Virus record (IMG/VR): IMGVR_UViG_3300029184_000058
Length of the DNA stretch: 14,701 nucleotides
Reading direction: 5' to 3' (one strand)
From: a virus
Taxonomy: Duplodnaviria > Heunggongvirae > Uroviricota > Caudoviricetes
Shown: positions 7,032-14,701 of the stretch, in pieces
How positions within the stretch are numbered: the stretch's first letter is position 1
Layout: the number at the start of each line of letters is the position of its first letter
Notes under the pieces: model-generated
Databases searched by the model: none
What the model was told of the DNA's origin: nothing
The model's input: the letters and a program-made list of their open reading frames with translations, nothing else
Translations under genes and position numbers: made by a program

Positions 7032-8489
7032 ATGAATACATCTCATATAAGAGTTGTTACTCATATGTGTGGGTTCCTGGTTTGGCTCTATAGTCTTTCA
7101 ATGTTGCCACCAATGGTTGTAGCATTGTTTTATAAAGAAAAAAGCCTGTTCGTTTTCTTTATAACTTTTGTTATATTTTTTTGCATTGGTGGCGGAGCGT
7201 GGTATACAACTAAGAAATCTGGTATTCAATTACGTACTCGTGATGGGTTTATTATAATTGTAATGTTTTGGATTTTGTTTTCTGTTATTAGTGCATTCCC
7301 TTTATGGATTGACTCAGAACTTAATTTAACGTTTATTGATGCTCTATTTGAAGGGGTTTCTGGAATAACAACAACAGGAGCAACTGTAATTGATGATGTT
7401 AGTTCATTACCTCGGGCATATTTGTACTATCGGTCACAGTTAAATTTTATAGGTGGTTTAGGAGTTATTGTTCTGGCGGTTGCTGTATTGCCATTATTGG
7501 GTATTGGTGGTGCAAAGCTTTATCAGTCAGAAATGCCAGGGCCATTTAAGGATGACAAACTTACTCCCCGCCTGGCCGATACGTCACGGACACTTTGGAT
7601 AACTTATTCTTTATTAGGTATTGCTTGTATTGTCTGTTATAGACTTGCAGGAATGCCTTTGTTTGATGCTATTTGTCACGGGATATCCACAGTTTCGCTT
7701 GGTGGTTTCTCAACTCATAGCGAGAGTATCGGATATTTTAATAACTATTTGGTTGAGCTGGTGGCTGGTTCTTTTTCCCTGCTATCGGCTTTCAACTTCA
7801 CCCTTTGGTATATTGTTATTAGCAGGAAAACGTTAAAACCTTTAATCAGAGATATTGAACTTCGTTTCTTTCTGTTAATAGCCTTAGGGGTGATCATTGT
7901 TACCTCTTTCCAGGTCTGGCATATAGGTATGTATGACTTGCCAGGAAGTTTTATTCATTCGTTTTTTCTTGCCAGCTCCATGCTCACTGATAATGGTTTA
8001 GCTACGCAGGATTATGCAAACTGGCCCACGCACACGATAGTGTTTTTGCTGTTGTCAAGTTTCTTTGGGGGATGTATAGGTTCAACTTGTGGTGGAATTA
8101 AGTCACTTCGATTTCTTATACTTTTCAAACAAAGCAAACACGAGATAAACCAGCTTTCTCATCCCAGAGCGTTGTTGAGTGTAAATGTAGGAGGGAAGAT
8201 AGTTACAGATCGTGTAATGAGGTCTGTATGGAGTTTCTTTTTTCTTTATACTCTCTTCACGGTGTTTTTTATACTGGTGTTAAATGGTATGGGATATGAT
8301 TTTCTTACATCATTTGCAACAGTGGCTGCATGTATTAATAATATGGGATTAGGTTTTGGGGCTACTGCATCGTCATTCGGAGTGCTTAATGACATTGCAA
8401 AATATTTAATGTGCATAGCTATGATTCTTGGTCGCCTTGAAATTTATCCTGTTATTATATTGTTTTCAGGTTTTTTTTGGCGCTCCTAA
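7032..8489 (+). CDS. trkG: TrkG/TrkH-family K+ uptake membrane protein (cargo gene)
   Basis: 485 aa from ATG 7032 (an alternative TTG at 7014 has an AAGGTGG SD). Polytopic membrane protein with TrkH-family motifs (FEGVSGITTTGATV, LGIGGAKLYQSEMPGP, GGCIGSTCGGIK, MGLGFGAT). Strikingly AT-rich with A/T-ending codons, unlike its neighbours. Position right after Rz/Rz1 matches what I recall for trkG in the E. coli Rac prophage. Confidence 0.9.
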   Translation: MNTSHIRVVTHMCGFLVWLYSLSMLPPMVVALFYKEKSLFVFFITFVIFFCIGGGAWYTTKKSGIQLRTRDGFIIIVMFWILFSVISAFPLWIDSELNLTFIDALFEGVSGITTTGATVIDDVSSLPRAYLYYRSQLNFIGGLGVIVLAVAVLPLLGIGGAKLYQSEMPGPFKDDKLTPRLADTSRTLWITYSLLGIACIVCYRLAGMPLFDAICHGISTVSLGGFSTHSESIGYFNNYLVELVAGSFSLLSAFNFTLWYIVISRKTLKPLIRDIELRFFLLIALGVIIVTSFQVWHIGMYDLPGSFIHSFFLASSMLTDNGLATQDYANWPTHTIVFLLLSSFFGGCIGSTCGGIKSLRFLILFKQSKHEINQLSHPRALLSVNVGGKIVTDRVMRSVWSFFFLYTLFTVFFILVLNGMGYDFLTSFATVAACINNMGLGFGATASSFGVLNDIAKYLMCIAMILGRLEIYPVIILFSGFFWRS

Positions 8490-8573
8490 TATATGGCTGA
8501 TTTATAATTGTGAGTTTAATATTATATTGACTCACTCATTGATCCAATACCTAACTTTACCAGCAACACCTCC

Positions 8574-8610
8574 GCCCCCAGTAGCACTGGCTGCTGGGGT
8601 GCGTTTTATT
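8574..8610 (+). terminator. Probable intrinsic terminator after trkG
   Basis: GC-rich inverted repeat CCCCAG...CTGGGG (with inner CAGT/ACTG) at 8575-8598, followed by TGCGTTTTATT. Confidence 0.35.
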
Positions 8611-8626
8611 CATAAAGCAAGGCTGT

Positions 8627-9418
8627 ATGAGCGAGAAATTAAAGATAGTCTATCGCCCATTACAAGAATTGTCACCGTATGCGCACAACGCCAGGACGCA
8701 CAGTACTGAGCAGGTGGCACAACTGGTAGAAAGTATTAAGCAATTCGGCTGGACTAATCCGGTGCTGATTGACGAAAAGGGCGAAATTATTGCGGGTCAC
8801 GGTCGTGTTATGGCGGCTGAAATGCTCAAAATGGATTCTGTTCCGGTCATTGTTCTGTCTGGCCTGACGGATGAGCAGAAAAAGGCGTACCGCTTGGCAG
8901 ATAATCGCCTACCGATGAATGCTGGCTGGGATGAAGATCTGTTGCGGATGGAGCTGTCGGACCTAATCAATGCTGATTTTGATGTCTCCCTGACAGGCTT
9001 CAGCACGACAGAAATTGATGAACTGTTGACGAATGTTTTGCCCGGTACAGGAAATAAGGAGGAGCCGTATACGACGAAAATTGATACGCCTGTTTATGAG
9101 CCGTCGGGCGGTAAACCGGATATCAGTGAACTGTACGACGATACGAAAACTCAGGAGCTGATCAGCCGGATACGTTCGGCGTCCCTTGATCCTGATATTG
9201 AGAAATTCCTCCTGTGTGCGGCAGAACGTCACACGGTGTTTAATTTCAGCAGAATTGCGGACTATTACGCTCATGCCCCCGCTGAAATTCAGTGCCTTTT
9301 CGAGGAGTCGGCGCTGGTGATCATTGATTATCAGCAGGCTATTGAAAATGGATTTGTCCGAATGACGCAGCGCATGGTGGAGATCATGCATGGCGGGGAG
9401 GAGGAGGAATATGCGTGA
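8627..9418 (+). CDS. ParB-like nuclease-domain protein (ParB/Srx fold), N-terminal ParB domain plus uncharacterised C-terminal region
   Basis: 263 aa. N-terminus has the ParB N-domain pattern (LKIVYRPLQELSPYAHNART...VESIKQFGWTNPVLIDEKGEIIAGHGRVMAA). Its stop (9416-9418) overlaps the ATG of the next gene. Possibly the intact form of a short Rac remnant (ynaK), from memory. Confidence 0.8.
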   Translation: MSEKLKIVYRPLQELSPYAHNARTHSTEQVAQLVESIKQFGWTNPVLIDEKGEIIAGHGRVMAAEMLKMDSVPVIVLSGLTDEQKKAYRLADNRLPMNAGWDEDLLRMELSDLINADFDVSLTGFSTTEIDELLTNVLPGTGNKEEPYTTKIDTPVYEPSGGKPDISELYDDTKTQELISRIRSASLDPDIEKFLLCAAERHTVFNFSRIADYYAHAPAEIQCLFEESALVIIDYQQAIENGFVRMTQRMVEIMHGGEEEEYA

Positions 9419-10343
9419 TGATTTTTGCGCCTTTATTCTGACTCACGGGCGACCGGACAAAGTTCTGACTTACCGGACGTTGCGTCGTGCTGGCTATACC
9501 GGGAAAATTTTTATCGTTGTTGATGATGAAGATAAGACACGGCATCAGTACATGGCTGAATTTGGTGAACAGGTGCTGGTGTTTTCCAAAGCCGATATCG
9601 CCAGTCGTTTTGACGAAGCCGATAATTTCGGTGACCGCCGCTCAATTTTTTACGCCCGTAATGCCTGTTTCGACCTGGCAAAACTGGTCGGGTGTAAATA
9701 CTTCATTCAGCTCGATGATGATTATCACGAGTTCCAGTTTCGGGTGGATCGCAACTATGACCAGGCCTATTTTCCGATAAGGAAACTGGATGCGATCCTT
9801 TCTGAAATGCTGGCGTACTACGAATCAATACCTGCTCTTTCCATCGCTATGTCGCAGGGCGGGGATTTTCTTGGTGACAATGGCGGCCATGCTTCGTGGG
9901 TGAAACGCAAGGCAATGAACAGCTTTATCTGTTCGGTTGATCGACCGTTCTCATTCATGGGGCGCATTAACGAGGATGTGAATACGTACACGAATCTCGG
10001 TCGCTGTGGTGAATTGTTTATGACGATCGGTGCTGTCCAGTTAGGGCAGAAACAGACGCAGAAAAACAGCGGCGGAATGACCGAGCTGTATCTGGATTCC
10101 GGAACCTACGTTAAAAGTTTTTACTCCGTCATGTATGCGCCGTCGTGCGTAAAAATCTCACTGATGGGTGCCAGCCATAAACGCATTCACCATCAGGTCA
10201 CCTGGAACAACGCCGCAGTAAAAATCCTTCACGAAAAATACAGGAAGAAGACACCCTGCATATCAATAGGGGTGACAAATGATTCCGTATTCGAAAGTCG
10301 AGTCTCTGGCAGCGTGCCGGATGACTGCACAACAAATCGCTGA
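9411..10343 (+). CDS. Uncharacterised protein with GT-A-like DxD signature (putative nucleotide-sugar or nucleotide transferase fold), coupled to the ParB-like gene
   Basis: ATG 9411 is preceded by a strong SD (GGAGGAGGAGG, 9396-9406); the track's 9390 start is in the same frame but lacks one. It has an IFIVVDDED strand, a hydrophobic strand + DDD (KYFIQLDDDY) about 60 residues later, and an ED...G segment (INEDVNTYTNLGRCGELF), reminiscent of GT-A/GT2 enzymes. No TM segments. Fold assignment is by eye. Confidence 0.6.
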   Translation: MRDDFCAFILTHGRPDKVLTYRTLRRAGYTGKIFIVVDDEDKTRHQYMAEFGEQVLVFSKADIASRFDEADNFGDRRSIFYARNACFDLAKLVGCKYFIQLDDDYHEFQFRVDRNYDQAYFPIRKLDAILSEMLAYYESIPALSIAMSQGGDFLGDNGGHASWVKRKAMNSFICSVDRPFSFMGRINEDVNTYTNLGRCGELFMTIGAVQLGQKQTQKNSGGMTELYLDSGTYVKSFYSVMYAPSCVKISLMGASHKRIHHQVTWNNAAVKILHEKYRKKTPCISIGVTNDSVFESRVSGSVPDDCTTNR

Positions 10344-10530
10344 CGTTCTGGATGTTGATCTGAACCGACTGAAAGAAAATCGGGAAGCAATGACAGATTT
10401 TTATGCGGCCATCCGTAAGGGCAGAGCGAAAGGTGAAGCCGAGTTACGAGCGGCATTGTTTAAGCTTGCCAGAAAAGGGGATGCCTTTGCTCTGCGCGAA
10501 CTACTCAGGGTGGATAAAAATCAGGACTAA
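10279..10530 (+). CDS. Small hypothetical protein with HTH-like segment, immediately upstream of the small terminase
   Basis: 83-codon ORF with SD-like GGGGTGA upstream of ATG 10279; alternative start ATG 10321. It overlaps the 3' end of the previous gene by 65 nt, so the start is uncertain. Stop is 3 nt before the TerS start. Confidence 0.5.
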   Translation: MIPYSKVESLAACRMTAQQIADVLDVDLNRLKENREAMTDFYAAIRKGRAKGEAELRAALFKLARKGDAFALRELLRVDKNQD

Positions 10531-10533
10531 CTG

Positions 10534-11628
10534 ATGAGCAGACCGGACTGGGGGGCGTTGCAGCAGGAGTATATTGCTGAATACACCCGCTCCGGTATAT
10601 CTCCGGTGGCATGGTGTGAAGCAAGGGGACTGAATTACGCAACAGCCCGTCGTTACATCAAAAAACCTCCGAAAAATGCGCAGACAGAAATGCGCAAAAC
10701 TGCGCAAAAAAGTGCGCAGAAAAAATCTGCGCAGACTGCACAAAAGCGGAACGAAAAATCTCAGGAAAAAAAGCCAGTATTCGATGCGGGCCTGAATGAG
10801 GGCGACGCGGAGGAATTTTCGTTCTGTCCCGATGAATTCGGCATTTCTGACCAGCAGGCTAAGTTTGCGATGCTTGTTGCTCAGGGGAAAAAGCCGACAG
10901 AGGCGTACCGACTAGCCGGTTATGAGGGGCAAGGTGCGACAGCTAACAGCAACTCCAGTCGTATGCTTAGAAATGCCAGGGTTTTTCGCGCTATCAGCTA
11001 CTTCCGCAATCAGTACCAGAAACGCTATACCGCAGACCTGGATTTACTGGTGAGTCAGTTGATGGCCATTGTCCTGGCCGACCCCAATCAGCTTGCACAA
11101 TTTCGCCGTGTTAACTGCCGTTATTGCTGGGGCGAGAATCATCTCTACCAGTGGCGCGATATAGCAGAATTCGACAAGGCAGCGGCGCAGGCTTCCAGAG
11201 ATGGCAAACCCGAACCGGAATATGGAGGCCTCGGCTTTGTTGATAACGCCATACCCAATCCGGACTGCCCGAAGTGCTGCGGTGAGGGAACGGGACAGCT
11301 TTATATGGCTGATACCACTCTGCTTGATGGGGATGCGCGGCAATTATATGCAGGGGCAAAACTCGGAAAATTCGGCGTTGAGATCCTGCTGGAGGATAAG
11401 GCTGCCGCCCGGCGTGAATTGTTGCGTTTGCTTTCTGCTGGCGGGGCTTTATGTGCAGATAAGCGGCTACAGGAACTGGAAATTGAACGACGCAGAATGG
11501 AAAACCAGAAGCTGCGCAAAGAGATCGAAACGGTGGAAGATAATGAACATCCCCAGCCTGTGGCGATCAATATTAATGTGGTTGATGCCAGAGTAAGGAG
11601 TGATGAAGATGATCTCTCCGACGCTTAA
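10534..11628 (+). CDS. Terminase small subunit (Terminase_2-type core with N-terminal HTH-like domain, Zn-ribbon-like Cys pairs and C-terminal coiled coil)
   Basis: 364 aa. Central segment FAMLVAQGKKPTEAYRLAGYEGQGATANSNSSRMLRNARV matches the recalled small-terminase motif. CRYC...CPKCC pairs suggest a zinc ribbon. Sits directly upstream of, and overlaps, the large terminase. Confidence 0.7.
   Translation: MSRPDWGALQQEYIAEYTRSGISPVAWCEARGLNYATARRYIKKPPKNAQTEMRKTAQKSAQKKSAQTAQKRNEKSQEKKPVFDAGLNEGDAEEFSFCPDEFGISDQQAKFAMLVAQGKKPTEAYRLAGYEGQGATANSNSSRMLRNARVFRAISYFRNQYQKRYTADLDLLVSQLMAIVLADPNQLAQFRRVNCRYCWGENHLYQWRDIAEFDKAAAQASRDGKPEPEYGGLGFVDNAIPNPDCPKCCGEGTGQLYMADTTLLDGDARQLYAGAKLGKFGVEILLEDKAAARRELLRLLSAGGALCADKRLQELEIERRRMENQKLRKEIETVEDNEHPQPVAININVVDARVRSDEDDLSDA
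10677..10742 (+). repeat. Array of six palindromic TGCGCA-type hexamers at roughly helical spacing inside the small-terminase gene (candidate pac/recognition site)
   Basis: TGCGCA at 10677, 10691, 10701, 10713 and 10728, plus TGCACA at 10737 (intervals 14, 10, 12, 15, 9 bp). The hexamer is its own reverse complement. The region encodes a low-complexity AQK/SAQ stretch. Confidence 0.5.
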
Positions 11629-12910
11629 TGTGCCTCAGGCGCGATTTCTTTCAATGCCCCAAAAATTTAAAGCCTATATTGCTGGTTTTGGCGCGGGCAA
11701 AACATGGGTTGGGTGTGGCGGCATATGCAAGGGGATTTGGGAGCATCCAAGTATAAATCAGGGATATTTTGCGCCAACGTATCCCCAAATTCGCGATATT
11801 TTTTACCCTACAGTGGAAGAAGTTGCTGCTGACTGGGGATTGAACGTAAAAATTAATGAGGGAAATAAAGAGGTTCACTTTTATTACGGACGCCAGTATC
11901 GGGGAACCACTATCTGCAGATCGATGGAGAAGCCACAAACGATCGTCGGTTTCAAAATTGGTAATGCGCTGGTGGATGAACTGGACATTTTGCCGAAGGA
12001 AAAAGCCAGAACGGCGTGGCGCAAGATAATTGCGCGTATGCGTTATAAGATTGATGGACTTCGCAACGGTATTGACGTTACAACCACGCCGGAAGGATTC
12101 AAATTTGTCTACGAGCAGTTTGTTAAAGCCGTGCGTGAAAAAACAGAGCTGGCCTCACTGTATGGTCTGGTGCAGGCATCTACTTTCGATAATGAAAAGA
12201 ACCTGCCAGCAGATTACATTCCTTCGCTTCTTGAATCATACCCTCCAGAGCTGATTAAAGCCTATCTTCGAGGACAGTTTACTAACCTGACAAGTGGTAC
12301 TGTTTACCATCAGTTTGACCGGAAACTGAATAATTGCGAAGAAGTGGAGCAGCCAGGGGAGCCGATTTATATTGGGATGGATTTTAACGTTGGAAAGATG
12401 GCGGGGATCGTCCATGTGCTGCGTTTGGGGCTTCCATGTGCGGTAACTGAAATCATCAATGCCTACGATACGCCGGATATGATCCGCATCATTAAAGAAC
12501 GCTTCTGGCTGTATGACGGGAATGATTACCGGAAAGTGAGGGAGATTTATATTTATCCAGATGCTTCCGGAGATTCCAGAAAATCAAGTAACGCAAGTAC
12601 GACGGATATAGCCCAGCTTAAGCAGGCTGGTTTTAACGTTGTGGTGAACAGCTCGAACCCGCCAGTAAAAGATCGCGTTAACTCAATGAATGCAATGTTC
12701 TGCAATGCCAATGGTGAGCGTCGCTATAAAGTTAATGTGAAGCGTTGTCCGGTATATGCCGAATCTCTGGAGCAACAGGTCTGGGATGATAAGGGGGAGC
12801 CTGATAAAAAATCTGGCAATGATCACCCGAATGATGCCGGAGGTTATTTCATCGTTAAGCAATTCCCTATTGTCAAACCGACCGGAAGAGTCACATCACT
12901 TCGGATTTAA
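11609..12910 (+). CDS. Terminase large subunit (ATPase + nuclease)
   Basis: Walker A motif YIAGFGAGKTW near the N-terminus and acidic nuclease-domain motifs (YIGMDFN, IYPDASGD) in the C-terminal half. ATG 11609 has SD TAAGGAG 8 nt upstream; alternative starts are GTG 11600 and ATG 11603. Overlaps the TerS 3' end. Confidence 0.9.
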   Translation: MISPTLNVPQARFLSMPQKFKAYIAGFGAGKTWVGCGGICKGIWEHPSINQGYFAPTYPQIRDIFYPTVEEVAADWGLNVKINEGNKEVHFYYGRQYRGTTICRSMEKPQTIVGFKIGNALVDELDILPKEKARTAWRKIIARMRYKIDGLRNGIDVTTTPEGFKFVYEQFVKAVREKTELASLYGLVQASTFDNEKNLPADYIPSLLESYPPELIKAYLRGQFTNLTSGTVYHQFDRKLNNCEEVEQPGEPIYIGMDFNVGKMAGIVHVLRLGLPCAVTEIINAYDTPDMIRIIKERFWLYDGNDYRKVREIYIYPDASGDSRKSSNASTTDIAQLKQAGFNVVVNSSNPPVKDRVNSMNAMFCNANGERRYKVNVKRCPVYAESLEQQVWDDKGEPDKKSGNDHPNDAGGYFIVKQFPIVKPTGRVTSLRI

Positions 12911-12912
12911 TT

Positions 12913-14299
12913 ATGGCTGATATATCAACACCCAACCTCGACTATAACGATATGCTGGAGGCGTGGGATATTAACGACGCATTGATGGGCGGTACGCTTG
13001 AAATGCGCAGGCAGGGGGAAAATTATCTCCCCAAATGGCCTAATGAAGATGAAGACGCTTATAAAAAACGCCTGTCTGTGGCTACGCTACTTCCTGTGTA
13101 TGAAGAAAGCATCAAACAAAATATTGGGCGCATATTTGCAGAGCCGACAGTATTGAGTGAGGAAACGCCGGAAAAAATCAGGGAATATGCAGAAAATATC
13201 GACATGGAGGGGAGCCGACTGGATGTGTGGGCGCAGCAATTTTTCAGTCTCGCATTTCAGTATGGTGTGGCACATGCGCTGGTGGACTATCCACGAACGG
13301 ATATGAAAGAGATTCGGACAAAAGCCGATGAAAACGCGGCCGGTGGTCGCCCGTACGTTACGATGCTGAATCCACGCCAGGTTATTGGATGGAAATCGAA
13401 AGTTGAAAAAGGGAAAGTTGTTCTCACTGATTTGCGTATAAAAGAGGTCATCATTATTGATGGTGATGATTTCGGGCAGAAGAAGGTGGAGCAGATCCGC
13501 CATATTATGCCCCGTCGAGTTGAAATTTATCGACGCAGCGAAGGTACTAATGGCGAATCTGTCTGGACGCTTCATGAGTCATGGAATACCAGCCGTGATG
13601 ATATTCCTCTGGTAACACTGTATACGAAGAAAACAGGGTTTATGCGTGGTACACCGCCATTGCTTAATCTTGGCTTGCTGAATATCAAGCACTGGCAAAG
13701 CCAGAGCGAGCAGGACAATATTCTTCATGTTGCCCGCGTTCCATTGCTGGTGGCCTACGGGCTGGACAGGAATGAAGAACTGACGGTTGGTGCATCCACC
13801 GCTACGATTTTTGAGGACAGAACAAAAAATGGCCTCGAATATGTTGAACATAGTGGCGCAGCGATAGAATCTGGCGAAACATCACTTGAGAAGCTGGAAA
13901 ATCAGATGCGTCATGCCGGCGCTAAACTTCTGCGGGCTGAAAATACATCCACCAAATCTGTTGATCAGACTAATGAAGAGCGGATGCAGGAACACTCGCC
14001 GCTTTATACAATGGCGAACTCCCTCGAAGATGCCCTCGATAATATTCTCCAGATAATGGCGGAATGGAGCGGAGAGAGTTGCGGTGGCAATGTGGATGTG
14101 CGCACTGAACTGGATGTATCTGCCCAGGTGTTTGACTCATCCTCCGCGCTGGCTGTTCAGTCATTGCGTCAGGGCGGTGATATACGTCAGATTGATGCGG
14201 TTCGGGTGTTGCAGGCGTTGAAATTTATCGATCAGGATTCCCGTCCAGAGGAAGTGATCGATGAATTAAAAAATCAGAGTGTAATGCTGATGGAAATCA

Positions 14300-14319
<20 letters not shown>
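12913..14319 (+). CDS. Portal protein (DUF4055-type)
   Basis: 468-aa ORF starting 3 nt after the large terminase stop, the canonical portal position. Size and acidic C-terminus are consistent with a portal; family name is from memory. Confidence 0.75.

Positions 14320-14701
<382 letters not shown>

Noticed and set aside
7621-7836. Out-of-frame + strand ORF inside trkG
   Set aside because: Lies within the conserved membrane-protein frame; an artefact of AT-rich sequence.
8428-8709. 93-codon ORF bridging the trkG end and the ParB-like start
   Set aside because: Spans the terminator-like hairpin and overlaps two well-supported genes out of frame; no SD.
8797-9391. Minus-strand ORFs antisense to the ParB-like gene
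   Set aside because: Embedded antisense ORFs with no independent support.
11044-11596. Alternative-frame ORFs within the small-terminase gene
   Set aside because: Fully embedded in the TerS coding frame, which carries the recognisable terminase motifs.

Overview
The window is an internal segment of a lambdoid prophage with phage-21-type lysis genes, and every supportable gene is on the + strand. Left to right: two coupled winged-helix-like proteins; a QueH-like (DUF208) epoxyqueuosine reductase homologue; a Hok-family type I toxin with a structured leader; an AT-rich intergenic island; a three-gene overlapping operon (DUF1367-like, YbcO-like nuclease, Q-like late antiterminator); a pR'-like promoter and intrinsic terminator; tRNA-Thr(UGU) and tRNA-Gly(UCC); about 770 bp of hairpin-rich non-coding DNA; a dual-start pinholin, SAR endolysin and Rz with nested Rz1; a strongly AT-rich trkG-type K+ transporter cargo gene; a ParB-like nuclease-domain protein coupled to a DxD-motif (GT-A-like) protein; then small terminase (carrying a periodic palindromic TGCGCA array), large terminase, portal and a small head-region ORF. 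The most interesting candidate for an undescribed system is the ParB-like/GT-A-like pair wedged between the cargo gene and the terminase genes. Secondary candidates are the phage-borne QueH-like gene and the TGCGCA array. All calls come from reading the sequence and recalled family signatures; no database search was run.
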